Sequence record: PX880098.1
Strand: one strand, 5' to 3'
Length of the DNA stretch: 44,688 nt
DNA from: a phage
This document shows positions 27,072 to 36,120 of the stretch, piece after piece; the first letter of the stretch is position 1; each line of letters opens with the position of its first letter. The position numbers and the translations under genes are program-made. A model generated the notes under the pieces. It saw only the letters and a list, made by a program, of their open reading frames with translations, ran no database searches and was not told the origin of the DNA.

Positions 27072-29301
27072 AACGCATCATCTCCGCGCCTTCTGCTACA
27101 AGAGGGAACCCCTCGGCCCATTCAGGTAATTCGCACATCAACCGCTCAAGTTCAGCCACCGTGTACTCGGGGGTATCTGGTGTCTCGCAGATAATCTCAT
27201 CGTGGACATGAAGTACAATCGGATAACCGTTTGCTTCTACGTTCAGCAGCGCGTTGGCCAGCAAATCACGGCACAACGCCTGGGTGCAGTTTTCCACCAG
27301 TTTACCGGAGTAGGTGTACTGGAAGCCCCACTGGCGGGTTAGCTGATTTTCGCCCTGGTACTTGATGCGCACGTTAGTAGACACCTTTCCGTCTTCATCT
27401 GTCTCTTTCGATACACTTAACCCGACGCCAGGGTATGACATAACGCGACCCGACGGCAACGTCATGCGCAGCCACCAACCAGCGACCTTGTTGCCGTTGT
27501 TGTCTGTTTCTACGTTGCGCGAAAACTTAACCCCCCGCGGCCCTGCGGTGAACTCTTTACCCGGATTGCGGATAGCCGCCATAGCCGCGTCTTCAATATC
27601 GCGCCAGAATTGGACTATTGCAGGATTAGCTTCCCGGTACATGCGCTTTAAAGCGTCACAGGTACGCCAGACTTTCTTATCAAGAATATACGATGGTCTG
27701 TCATCCTTTTCACCAGGACGTGGGGGGCGCTTGGCTTCCTGAATACGCGCCCACTCATAGCCTCGCGCGGTAGCAGCCCAGATATGGTCCGGGAAAGTCC
27801 CGTCTAAAGTGCAGGTCATATCGTTCAAATCAAGACCTAAGTTTTTAGCAAACGTGACGAAAGCACCGACGCCCCCCGCGTAGCCGAGGCCCAGAACCAT
27901 TGCTTTGGCTATTTGTCTTTGGTCCTTTGTTACGGCTTCATACGCAACGTTGAACACCGTTGATGCGAGTTTCTTGTACACATCAACCCCGTTTACAAAT
28001 ACTTCGATTAAATCGTCTTCTCCGGCCAGCCACGCAAGCCCGCGGCCCTCGACGTTGGAGTAATCGGCAACAACAAACTTATGCCCTGCTTCCGGTATTA
28101 TGCAGCTGCGCACCGTCGACGCCGTTAGTTTGGCTACATCGAAACGGCGATGTGCGCGTCCTTTAAGCAGAAGGTCTATTCCGTAGGACAATGGGTGCGT
28201 TACTCGCCACCAGTCCTTCTCTGACATCCAGTCGTAACGTACTTTCTTCTTTTCATTCTTCGGGTCGTCGTGATAGTACCCGCGCGCCAGGTTCTGTGGC
28301 TGAAAGCCTTTACCCGCAAACCGCAATGTACGCTTAGCCCCACCATACTGGATGCAGCCACGGCGGCGGTCGTCCGACGAGCGGCCCAACAGCAGCGGGT
28401 TATATTTCGTTGACGCAGTGGACGCGGCGCCGAGGCGCATTTCGATAATCGTGCGGGCGTCGTCCGGTAAATCATCATCTGCTAGCAGGTCATTCAGCAT
28501 CGACTTCTGTGCGTTATGGATGCGGTGCGCTGGCGCAAGTTCACGCAGAATCGGCAAGAAGTCTTTACCAGTAAGTGAGCCGCCGTATTTACGTTGGGCT
28601 TCTTCCTGTAACTGCGCCTTGTGTTTCTCTACCGCTTCAATCGCTGCTTCTGCAAGCGCGACGTCAACCTTAAACCCGCGGTCATTGATTAACTGGTCCA
28701 GCTCCAGTACACGGTCTTCGAACTCGGAGTTACCCCACCGCGGCAGCTTATGGAAGACTTCGCGCATCGCAGTGATGTCGCTAACGGCGTACTTGATGAA
28801 CAGCGACCACTCATCCGGGTGCGTTTCCGCGGTGTAGCGTCTGATTTTGTAGTTCTTCGGTGTCGGTTTAGAGAAACGCTGAATCAGTGCCTTGCCGCGT
28901 TTGTCTTTCGCGTTGTCGGCGGATACACCAAGCACTTCACACAAGGCGTCAAGTGAACCGGGCAGCGCGTGACGAAAAGCCCAAATCATCGTATCAATAG
29001 TGTTGCTTACCGGAATATCAAAACCCCAGCAGTGCTTCATGATGAGCCTGTCGAACATTGAGCCGTTGTGCCACACCATCTTGATGCGGCTGTTTGGCTT
29101 AACCAGTCGGCGTAGCGCGCGGTGCAAATCGCCCGGCATATCGCTGCCGTCAGTGCAATCCCATACCTGCACAGGCTCGTCGTCAAAAGCATAGGTACAG
29201 ATAAGCACTTCTGTAGTTGGGTGTTCGGCGTAAGCGTAAGAACCGACTTTCTTTAAATCGGCTTCGGAGAATGTTTCAAAGTCTAAGAACAGGTAACTCA
29301 T
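27061..29301 (-). CDS. DNA polymerase, family A, with 3-prime-5-prime exonuclease domain
   Basis: Exo I motif LDFETFS; motif A DYSNVEGRGLA, motif B RQIAKAMVLGLGYAGG, motif C HVHDEII. Confidence 0.85.
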   Translation of the reverse strand: MSYLFLDFETFSEADLKKVGSYAYAEHPTTEVLICTYAFDDEPVQVWDCTDGSDMPGDLHRALRRLVKPNSRIKMVWHNGSMFDRLIMKHCWGFDIPVSNTIDTMIWAFRHALPGSLDALCEVLGVSADNAKDKRGKALIQRFSKPTPKNYKIRRYTAETHPDEWSLFIKYAVSDITAMREVFHKLPRWGNSEFEDRVLELDQLINDRGFKVDVALAEAAIEAVEKHKAQLQEEAQRKYGGSLTGKDFLPILRELAPAHRIHNAQKSMLNDLLADDDLPDDARTIIEMRLGAASTASTKYNPLLLGRSSDDRRRGCIQYGGAKRTLRFAGKGFQPQNLARGYYHDDPKNEKKKVRYDWMSEKDWWRVTHPLSYGIDLLLKGRAHRRFDVAKLTASTVRSCIIPEAGHKFVVADYSNVEGRGLAWLAGEDDLIEVFVNGVDVYKKLASTVFNVAYEAVTKDQRQIAKAMVLGLGYAGGVGAFVTFAKNLGLDLNDMTCTLDGTFPDHIWAATARGYEWARIQEAKRPPRPGEKDDRPSYILDKKVWRTCDALKRMYREANPAIVQFWRDIEDAAMAAIRNPGKEFTAGPRGVKFSRNVETDNNGNKVAGWWLRMTLPSGRVMSYPGVGLSVSKETDEDGKVSTNVRIKYQGENQLTRQWGFQYTYSGKLVENCTQALCRDLLANALLNVEANGYPIVLHVHDEIICETPDTPEYTVAELERLMCELPEWAEGFPLVAEGAEMMRYAK

Positions 29302-29320
29302 TATTTTGACCCTTAGTAAA

Positions 29321-29340
29321 AAGGCCCAATGAAGGGCCTT
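29321..29340 (-). terminator. hairpin with downstream T run (possible attenuator before polymerase gene)
   Basis: AAGGCCC-AATGAA-GGGCCTT; minus-strand reading followed by TTTTACT. Confidence 0.4.
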
Positions 29341-29359
29341 AGTTAAATTGATTCAGATA

Positions 29360-29986
29360 TTAGCGGCGGCGACGTTCGCGGCGCGGTGCCCCATCTTCTT
29401 CGTCGTCTTCCAGGTCATTGACGCTTGCTGCGACTTTAGAACCGCCGAACGCTTTACCTTCACCAACGTATTTAATTGCCAGAAGGTTAACACCGAGAAC
29501 TTTATATTTCTGGCTGAACCAGATTTCGACGCTTGCGTTAGCGACACAGCCGCTGTAAACCTGTTCGCCTTCAATCTGTTCTCCGTCTACATTGAAGTCC
29601 TGCTCTACCTGAGTCTCACCTTTTTTAGAGGTTACAATCAGCGGCTGTTTCTGTGCCTTCGCTTTGAAGTAGAAGCCTTCCGGGAAGTCTTCAAACGGAT
29701 TGTCGCGCTCAGCAATGTCTTTAATCGCGCATTTATCCATGTGCTTACCTTCACCGTAGTTGGACTTCATCCACTTCTCGGCAGCGGCTGCACCTAACGC
29801 TTCTTCAACTACAGCGTACACAGTGTCGTAGAGCGCATCGATTTGAGCATGGTCTGACGGCAGGATGATAGTCGCGCTGTACTGGCCTTTAGTGATGGAG
29901 CCATCATCGTTTTCACGGTCTTTTTCGCGTTCAAATACGTTAACCCATGCAGTGTTTACTTTACGCAGATTTAATTTCAGTCCCAT
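29360..29986 (-). CDS. putative single-stranded DNA-binding protein (T7 gp2.5-like organisation)
   Basis: 208 aa; position between exonuclease and polymerase; C-terminal acidic stretch DLEDDEED followed by basic RRERRRR; assignment tentative. Confidence 0.4.
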   Translation of the reverse strand: MGLKLNLRKVNTAWVNVFEREKDRENDDGSITKGQYSATIILPSDHAQIDALYDTVYAVVEEALGAAAAEKWMKSNYGEGKHMDKCAIKDIAERDNPFEDFPEGFYFKAKAQKQPLIVTSKKGETQVEQDFNVDGEQIEGEQVYSGCVANASVEIWFSQKYKVLGVNLLAIKYVGEGKAFGGSKVAASVNDLEDDEEDGAPRRERRRR

Positions 29987-30041
29987 TTCTCGATTCCTCA
30001 GTTTTCAGTTTACTCCGGGAGCTGCCCGGCCAGTGATTAGA

Positions 30042-30070
30042 ACTATAATAGCTAACTATTCAGGTGTCAA
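30042..30070 (-). promoter_or_regulatory. sigma70-like promoter, family A (TTGACA-N17-TATAGT)
   Basis: Minus-strand reading TTGACAcctgaatagttagctatTATAGT; near-identical to the copy at 32491. Confidence 0.6.
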
Positions 30071-30074
30071 CACT

Positions 30075-31316
30075 TTATTCTAAATCTTCTTCACTAACCT
30101 GATTCCACTCAGGCCGTTTGTCGTCTGCCGTTGCGACGCATGGCGCGCCTGGCTTACGTGTAATGAAGTCTTTCAGTTCTTCTTCGGGTATTACTTTAAC
30201 AGCTTCTGTCGGCGTCATGAGCACTTGCTTCATTAGTGCTATGCCATACTCGCCAGCCACTTTCTCTGTATCTTTCCACGCACGATTGCCCATCTTACCT
30301 TCAACCAGCTTGTACCCCGGAACTTTCTTACCGGAATGCAAAGCGGCGGCCATCGCTTTCTCAACCTTGTCGATGTGCTGGCGCAACAACGGCAACTTCT
30401 CATACTCAGCTACGAGTTGCTCTGGTGTAAGTTCCAGTGCAAAGTCGTCTTCCAGTTCTTCCGCCAGTACAGAATTAACCGTTTTTGTACGCGCTGCGCA
30501 CTGTTCAGAGAAACGACACCACTGGCATCCATCGACCGACGGCTTGAAGTCAGACGCTTTCAGGTTCTTTTTACCGCGAGAATAAGCATCAAGGGCTAAC
30601 AATGCACGTTTCTGTGCGAACTTAGCGAACAGTTCCAGACCTTCAACCGAGATGTCCCACTCGGACGCCCCGCCAGCATACGGCTGGAAGATGACCAGAC
30701 GAACCACGGTGATGTTATAACGTCTCTTGAGTCGGCGATAGACACCGAGAGCATAAAGCATAAGCTGCTTGTTTTCTTTCGCTTCAACACGATGTCGTCC
30801 AGTTTTCAGGTCGCCGACAATGAGCATGTGCTCGTCTGTGTTTGCCAGTTCCTGAACGGCAACAAGGTCAGCGGTTCCGAACGTCTCAACGCCTTCATAC
30901 CCGGGATGCAACACCTCAGTAAGATTGACGCGCATTTCCAGCTTGGCGTAAGTCGCTACGTCGATAATCGCTTTGCAATAGTCTGTGTACTTGCGCACCT
31001 GCTCAATCATGTCAGCCGTAATCAGTACCGCGCCTTTCATCTGGCTGATTAGCGCCTTAATCTGGCCTTTACCCTCGTCCAGCACATAAGCGCCGAGTTC
31101 GCGCTCTAGCGGCAGCGCAGTGCCTTTGATGTACTGATTTAAATGGACCTCAGCTATAGTGTGCATAGCTGTGCCTAATACCGCAGATTTACCTGACGTG
31201 TTAGGGATATCTTTTTCACAGGCCAGCGATGCGGCGCAGCTTAACCACTTTTTAGCACCTGACGGCGACAGTAAGGCGTGCACATCGTTATTGCCGCCGC
31301 GTTCTTTTAAAATCAT
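30075..31316 (-). CDS. Cas4/RecB-like PD-(D/E)xK exonuclease with Fe-S cysteine cluster
   Basis: Nuclease core LIVGDLKTG; N-terminal Cys (LSCAASLAC) plus C-terminal CQWCRFSEQC as in Cas4-type nucleases; C-terminus SEEDLE. Confidence 0.6.
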   Translation of the reverse strand: MILKERGGNNDVHALLSPSGAKKWLSCAASLACEKDIPNTSGKSAVLGTAMHTIAEVHLNQYIKGTALPLERELGAYVLDEGKGQIKALISQMKGAVLITADMIEQVRKYTDYCKAIIDVATYAKLEMRVNLTEVLHPGYEGVETFGTADLVAVQELANTDEHMLIVGDLKTGRHRVEAKENKQLMLYALGVYRRLKRRYNITVVRLVIFQPYAGGASEWDISVEGLELFAKFAQKRALLALDAYSRGKKNLKASDFKPSVDGCQWCRFSEQCAARTKTVNSVLAEELEDDFALELTPEQLVAEYEKLPLLRQHIDKVEKAMAAALHSGKKVPGYKLVEGKMGNRAWKDTEKVAGEYGIALMKQVLMTPTEAVKVIPEEELKDFITRKPGAPCVATADDKRPEWNQVSEEDLE

Positions 31317-31453
31317 TCCGTAATCTCCTCAATCCACGCGCAATCAAAACTGTCTGCGTCAAGTTCGTCTAGCATGTATTCAGCATCAGCGTAAGTTAGG
31401 TATCGACTGTGCTCGTAATCTTTATCGCCAATTGAGTACATAACCGCAAACAT
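31313..31453 (-). CDS. small acidic protein (46 aa), absent from ORF track
   Basis: SD GGGAGG before ATG 31453; stop overlaps exonuclease start (ATGA); overlaps the end of ORF 31422-31721 by about 30 nt, so uncertain. Confidence 0.3.
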   Translation of the reverse strand: MFAVMYSIGDKDYEHSRYLTYADAEYMLDELDADSFDCAWIEEITE

Positions 31454-31721
31454 TCCGTACCTCCCACTGGTCAATTAAATGCCGCGTCTGGTGCTGGCAG
31501 TGCATAGCCCACCCATACATCGATTCGAAGACATAAAAGTCAGGTTTGGCGAAAGTCGTGCGCTTAATCTGCAACACGTGGCGGCCTATATCTTTAGGCC
31601 GCGGCACTTTGCCTAAGTATGCCATCTCTTCCATCTGGTGCGCACCGGACGGCGCACGCAACAGCCACAACGCCTCTGTGTTATCTCGCCCGTCTACGGC
31701 GCGGTAGAGTTGGTAAATCAT
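31422..31721 (-). CDS. hypothetical protein (99 aa)
   Basis: ATGA-coupled ORF in replication operon. Confidence 0.5.
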   Translation of the reverse strand: MIYQLYRAVDGRDNTEALWLLRAPSGAHQMEEMAYLGKVPRPKDIGRHVLQIKRTTFAKPDFYVFESMYGWAMHCQHQTRHLIDQWEVRNVCGYVLNWR

Positions 31722-31927
31722 TCTGCAACCTCACATTCGCCGGCGGCCAAGCTAAAATAGAACACATCATCATCACACTCAGACCTAATATTTAACCCAA
31801 ATTTGTCAAATTCTGTCTCGCTAACATCGAAGCCCTTACCAGCCCAATCATATCCATTGACTTCCACTGGAAAATTAATACTCGACAGTTCGGCGTATCC
31901 GTCGTCGTTCAGTAGCCTTATTTTCAT
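31718..31927 (-). CDS. hypothetical protein (69 aa, acidic)
   Basis: ORF in replication operon. Confidence 0.5.
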   Translation of the reverse strand: MKIRLLNDDGYAELSSINFPVEVNGYDWAGKGFDVSETEFDKFGLNIRSECDDDVFYFSLAAGECEVAE

Positions 31928-31970
31928 ATTTCCGACCCTCAGTTAAAGCGGCCCGAAAGCCGCCGGATAA

Positions 31971-32459
31971 TTATTCTTCTTCGAAATACTTGTTCTTGAT
32001 TGCCGTCAGGCGTTCCAGGTACTCCGCCAGGTCTTCGTCTTTAATCGCGGCAATCTTCATTTTCTTACCAGTGAACTCTTCCAGCAGTTCATCAGAATCA
32101 TCGCACGCGGCATCGCTCGGACCTTCGTTAATAGCGTCATCGATAGCCTGAATCTGGTCACGAAGAGACTGGTAATCTACTTCTTCCTGCTCTGGCGCTG
32201 GCTCCTCTGCTTTAGCTTTACGCGGCTTGCGTTTTGACTTCTCTTCTTCTTCCGGTTTAGTGTCAACGATGTCTTCACCTTCGACCGGAATTTCTTTTGA
32301 AGGTTTAGTTAAAGCCTCTTTTACGCTTACACCCTGCAACTTACAAAACTCAGCAAAATGTTCTGGTGAGCCAATCACAGGTTCTTTCACACTGTTCGCG
32401 GCAATCAGTTCATGCGCAACTACGAAACGTTCCAGTAATACTAAGAATTTCTCTAACAT
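31971..32459 (-). CDS. hypothetical acidic protein (162 aa)
   Basis: First gene after promoter 32491-32520; conserved leader TAAACGAGAGGAGAGAAACAA before ATG. Confidence 0.55.
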   Translation of the reverse strand: MLEKFLVLLERFVVAHELIAANSVKEPVIGSPEHFAEFCKLQGVSVKEALTKPSKEIPVEGEDIVDTKPEEEEKSKRKPRKAKAEEPAPEQEEVDYQSLRDQIQAIDDAINEGPSDAACDDSDELLEEFTGKKMKIAAIKDEDLAEYLERLTAIKNKYFEEE

Positions 32460-32490
32460 TTGTTTCTCTCCTCTCGTTTAGTATGGGCTA

Positions 32491-32520
32491 ACTATAATAG
32501 CTAACTATTCATGTTGTCAA
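32491..32520 (-). promoter_or_regulatory. sigma70-like promoter, family A (TTGACA-N18-TATAGT)
   Basis: Minus-strand reading TTGACAacatgaatagttagctatTATAGT; divergent from the HTH gene. Confidence 0.6.
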
Positions 32521-32584
32521 TGGGCTTTTCTAAAATAATTAATATGGTACTATTCACATATCAACTGACTAAGGAGTAATTGAC

Positions 32585-32800
32585 ATGCAACCATCTGAGC
32601 TAGGTATCCGTGTAGAACAACGCCGCAAAGAACTCGGCATCTCCCAGCGCCGTCTGGCTGTCCTGGCCGGCGTTTCCCAGGGCGCGATTAACCAACTGGC
32701 TCTCGGGGTAACTCAGGACGTCCGCCCGGCAACTCTGTTTAAACTGGCGGAAGTGCTGCAAGTAGACGCCAAGTGGCTGGCGTTCGGTGAAGGGGCTTAA
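32585..32800 (+). CDS. XRE-family HTH transcriptional regulator (Cro-like)
   Basis: 71 aa; HTH ISQRRLAVLAGVSQGAINQLALG; only plus-strand gene in the replication block, divergent from a family A promoter. Confidence 0.7.
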   Translation: MQPSELGIRVEQRRKELGISQRRLAVLAGVSQGAINQLALGVTQDVRPATLFKLAEVLQVDAKWLAFGEGA

Positions 32801-32816
32801 CGCCCCTTTCTTTTTG
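32790..32816 (+). terminator. intrinsic terminator after HTH gene
   Basis: GGGGC-TTAAC-GCCCC followed by TTTCTTTTTG. Confidence 0.6.
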
Positions 32817-32817
32817 C

Positions 32818-35100
32818 CTATTCCAAATCCTCCTCTGTCACCACCAGCATTTCATTAGGTTCGTATATTGTCTTCGGCCTTAGTCTATCCCCTATTCTTT
32901 CAGGTATACGATACGTTCGCGGCACTACTTCGCCGTTAGCGTCACAGCCTAGCATTAGTTCGCCATCTTTCAGCATTTTATCAAGATGGGTGTTAGTCAC
33001 AGAAAAGTCACCGGAACGGGCAACTATCTGCTGCTGAGTAAAACCGCGACCTGTGTCATCTGACTGTTGCAGGTCTTCCAGTGCCGAAAGTATTGACTCC
33101 TTTCTCCCTTCATCCCTGCCGCGTTTAACTTCTTCCTTTACTTTTTCTTTACCTTTATCGGATAGCCCTTCTTCCCGCTCCTTCTCCTCGTCAGTTTTGA
33201 ACGGCTCGAAGCCCCACGGCATCAATACAAGCGCTTTGTGCGGTTCAGGCAGGTCGAGGTTTACGATTGTGCCGTATTCCTCTGTGCTACCCCGGAACTC
33301 AACCGCGCGGTACTCTTTCGGCGGCGGGGCTTCGCGGAACTGTACGGACTCAAGCACCATGCCAACCGTTTTCTGCTGAGGCCCGTGCTTAAATTTTGAG
33401 TGGTATACGTTTATCTGACGGTCGGTAGCGCGTTCGATTGTCAGCTCTACGTCAACGCCCGCGTACAGCGCCCCACTGCCACGGGCTTTCTTTCCACCCT
33501 TCGGCGTATGGTGGACGACGCCTACCGCGGCTTTAGTCGCGTCGCGTACTTCTTTCAGGATGGCGATGACTTTACCCATGCCGATTGCCGTTGATGAACT
33601 GTTCTCGTCGAACTTATCAATCGTCAGGGCCAGGGTCTGGTTAAGGGTGTCGAACGCGACCATGCCAATTGGCTCGTCGCCAGCAGTTTCTCGCATCAGC
33701 TTAATCAGGCTTTTCAGTTTTCCGACTTCACCCATATCGATGACGTGTACATAATCTTTACCTTCCACGCCATATTTAGCCGCGAGCGCGTCAATACGTG
33801 TGCGGGTGGCGGCACCGCCCTCCCCGTCGATATAGAAATGGTGGCAACGCTGGGTGTCCGCCCCTGCAAACCTGTATCCGGCGGCGCTGAGGTACATCAT
33901 CCCCAGCGTATAAAACGATTTGTACGTACCGGATTCCCCAACAATATCCCAGATGCAATCTGACGGCATGTACCCTTCAACGACGAAATCAGCCTTTACC
34001 GGTTCCGGCAACTCGCCCTCCTCTGAGTCTTCGTCATCTTCCAGGTCGTCAAGGCTGCATGAAACGGACTCCCGCGCACCCCAACCTATAGCCTCTGCAA
34101 CCTCACTGAACGGAAGCCCGGTCGCGTCGCACGCGTATTTCCACACCTCTTTCGGTGACATGCCTTCGGTCGCCGTAATGTCGGTGTCGTGAATCATGGT
34201 TACGTTCGGCGCTTCGTACCCCTCGCGCGGGAAGCACAGCAGGAAGTCATCTGGCCTCGGCGTCGGGTCGCTGTATTTTTCTGCGTGTTCCGGCGTAGCT
34301 GGCATCTTAAGGCCGCGCGGCGTCATGATACCGCCGTATTCAAACGCCAGCGCCTCAAACGCATCGGTAAACGCTGTGCGCAGTTCTTCCGGTATCTGGT
34401 AATCCGACGCGCTGCTAACGTCGACGGCTGGGATGCCTTCCAGTAACTCGTCCGGGTCAATCAGGTCGTTGCGACGAGACCAGATAACCTGAGAGCCGAC
34501 CGGCGGCAGGTACATCGGCTGCGACAGAGTGAACCCGCTGCGGTCAGCACCCATGCCTTTAAAGAAGTGCTCCAGCAATCCGTGACGAACGCGGATGATG
34601 TCACCGCCTTCAACCGGACGACCCAGAGGCATGACTACGCGAAAGCGCGGTGACTCATCGGTATGTGATGCCGTGGTGTAGAGACACATAGCCCGACGGC
34701 TGCGCTTAACCAGACGCACTGCTTCCTGGTACTCTTCCGGTGTTGCACTGTCGAAGTCCAGATACGCCAGCGACGATTTGCTTACAGACGCGTCACAGCG
34801 ATAAAAGAAACCTTTGCGCGCTTGCTTAAAGTCACCGGTTTCCGGGTCTTTTACGGTGCTGTGCGTTGAGTCGCACGCGGCAGTGATATAGCCAGGCGCT
34901 GTCTTCGGGTTAACCCCGTCTCGAATGGCATCGAGCGGCTGTATTAACTCTTTCAGGTCGTCCAGTGTTGCCGTGTGCGTGGTTCTGACGTTTATATCCT
35001 TTTTCTCAGCCCGCGCGTTGCGACGTGACCACGAGTAGGATAAAATTACATCGGACATGTTGTATATTCCTTCAGCAAGTAATTTGGCCTCGGCGTTCAC
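32818..35100 (-). CDS. primase-helicase (AEP-type primase domain fused to P-loop NTPase)
   Basis: AEP-like DxD motif AYLDFDSATPEEY and SH-TDE motif in N-terminal half; Walker A GESGTYKS in C-terminal half; C-terminus TEEDLE. Confidence 0.6.
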   Translation of the reverse strand: MNAEAKLLAEGIYNMSDVILSYSWSRRNARAEKKDINVRTTHTATLDDLKELIQPLDAIRDGVNPKTAPGYITAACDSTHSTVKDPETGDFKQARKGFFYRCDASVSKSSLAYLDFDSATPEEYQEAVRLVKRSRRAMCLYTTASHTDESPRFRVVMPLGRPVEGGDIIRVRHGLLEHFFKGMGADRSGFTLSQPMYLPPVGSQVIWSRRNDLIDPDELLEGIPAVDVSSASDYQIPEELRTAFTDAFEALAFEYGGIMTPRGLKMPATPEHAEKYSDPTPRPDDFLLCFPREGYEAPNVTMIHDTDITATEGMSPKEVWKYACDATGLPFSEVAEAIGWGARESVSCSLDDLEDDEDSEEGELPEPVKADFVVEGYMPSDCIWDIVGESGTYKSFYTLGMMYLSAAGYRFAGADTQRCHHFYIDGEGGAATRTRIDALAAKYGVEGKDYVHVIDMGEVGKLKSLIKLMRETAGDEPIGMVAFDTLNQTLALTIDKFDENSSSTAIGMGKVIAILKEVRDATKAAVGVVHHTPKGGKKARGSGALYAGVDVELTIERATDRQINVYHSKFKHGPQQKTVGMVLESVQFREAPPPKEYRAVEFRGSTEEYGTIVNLDLPEPHKALVLMPWGFEPFKTDEEKEREEGLSDKGKEKVKEEVKRGRDEGRKESILSALEDLQQSDDTGRGFTQQQIVARSGDFSVTNTHLDKMLKDGELMLGCDANGEVVPRTYRIPERIGDRLRPKTIYEPNEMLVVTEEDLE

Positions 35101-35117
35101 CGCGTCGGGGCTTTCTT

Positions 35118-35351
35118 TTATTCCAGGTCTTCTAAAGTAGCGGTCATTCCGCGAACTTCAGCAACAGCGCTATATTTCCCGCCCACATTTTTCACGACAC
35201 CGGATTTAACCAGTACTCGTAACGACGCTTCAATAATGGCGGAACTATAGTACTTAAAATAACTACGGCGCAAGTCGATAACACTGCACGACCCTTTTTT
35301 ACGTGTTAACGAAACTACAGCTGTGAATACCCGTGACTGAAACTCGGTCAT
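35118..35351 (-). CDS. hypothetical small protein (77 aa), possible winged-helix
   Basis: ATGA-coupled to upstream HTH ORF; C-terminus TATLEDLE. Confidence 0.5.
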   Translation of the reverse strand: MTEFQSRVFTAVVSLTRKKGSCSVIDLRRSYFKYYSSAIIEASLRVLVKSGVVKNVGGKYSAVAEVRGMTATLEDLE

Positions 35352-35518
35352 TTCACGTTCTCCTTAATCCATGCTTCCACTTTCTCCGGGTCGAACGTGC
35401 CTGGCTGCCGGCGGCCCATAATGCGAATACAACAATCCGGGAACTTCCCACTCTTTAACCAGTTATTGAGCGTGCGGCGAGTAACCCCGATACGCTCAGC
35501 TACTTCATTCTGTGTCAT
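35348..35518 (-). CDS. AlpA/Xis-like HTH DNA-binding protein (56 aa), absent from ORF track
   Basis: SD AAGGAG before ATG 35518; HTH VAERIGVTRRTLNNWLKSGKFP; stop overlaps next start (ATGA). Confidence 0.6.
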   Translation of the reverse strand: MTQNEVAERIGVTRRTLNNWLKSGKFPDCCIRIMGRRQPGTFDPEKVEAWIKENVK

Positions 35519-35657
35519 CTTTAATCTCCTTAATTATTTCACGCGCTAACGCTGTAGCTGTGCCGTATTTATTGGGGCAGTATCTGCTCTCATTATGCCC
35601 ACTAAACCACGCTTCTATCAGCAACTCTTTCAACTGTTCTTCTGTCAAAGTAACCAT
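35505..35657 (-). CDS. small protein (50 aa), absent from ORF track
   Basis: First ORF after minus-strand promoter 35690-35718; SD GAGGG; overlaps downstream gene start. Confidence 0.4.
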   Translation of the reverse strand: MVTLTEEQLKELLIEAWFSGHNESRYCPNKYGTATALAREIIKEIKDDTE

Positions 35658-35689
35658 TCTCAAACCCTCATTATCAGTTAACGAAACCG

Positions 35690-35718
35690 AGTATACATTG
35701 CGAATAATGGGAAATCAA
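35690..35718 (-). promoter_or_regulatory. sigma70-like promoter (TTGATT-N17-TATACT) of the leftward operon
   Basis: Minus-strand reading TTGATTtcccattattcgcaatgTATACT; back-to-back with the plus-strand promoter at 35734. Confidence 0.5.
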
Positions 35719-35733
35719 ACACAATCGCACCTA

Positions 35734-35762
35734 TTGACATTAAGAAAATCTTCGTTTAAGGT
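35734..35762 (+). promoter_or_regulatory. sigma70-like promoter (TTGACA-N17-TAAGGT), rightward
   Basis: Consensus -35 TTGACA with 17-nt spacer and TAAGGT; no ORF for about 380 nt downstream; terminator at 35999. Confidence 0.45.
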
Positions 35763-35998
35763 GCTTCTATATCTTAGTTACTTTGATTCCTGTTCACCTT
35801 GTAAAACCCGCCGAAAACGAGCGCCCAACGCGAAGTGTTAGGCGGCAGTTTACTGAACACGAGAATTATTGTAACTTTCCGTCCTTAGTATCTCCGGTTG
35901 CCATGGGCAAGCTCTATTCTCATCGGCAGCATATCTCTTAAGTATCTGATTTTCTTAATGTGCCGTAGATTCGCAACCGTAAAAATGTAACGATTATT

Positions 35999-36026
35999 GG
36001 GCAGGCTTAAGGCCTGCCCTTTAGTT
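35999..36026 (+). terminator. intrinsic terminator in divergent control region
   Basis: GGGCAGGC-TTAAG-GCCTGCCC followed by TTTAGTT. Confidence 0.6.
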
Positions 36027-36091
36027 ACCAAGTAATAAGAATAATGGCACAACAGTTCCTAAATAATCACAACGGCAACGCAATTAATCTC

Positions 36092-36120
36092 TTGCACGCC
36101 CCAACATAATAGGATACTAT
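36092..36120 (+). promoter_or_regulatory. sigma70-like promoter, family B (TTGCAC-N17-TACTAT)
   Basis: TTGCACgccccaacataataggaTACTATTCAC; contains ATAG-N4-CTAT; upstream of the PAPS-reductase-like gene. Confidence 0.6.

Noticed and set aside
28352-28837. 161-aa plus-strand ORF inside the DNA polymerase gene
   Set aside because: Antisense shadow frame of the polymerase; no initiation signals.
35512-35841. 109-aa plus-strand ORF spanning the divergent control region
   Set aside because: Overlaps two minus-strand genes and both divergent promoters; starts upstream of the plus-strand promoter; no SD.
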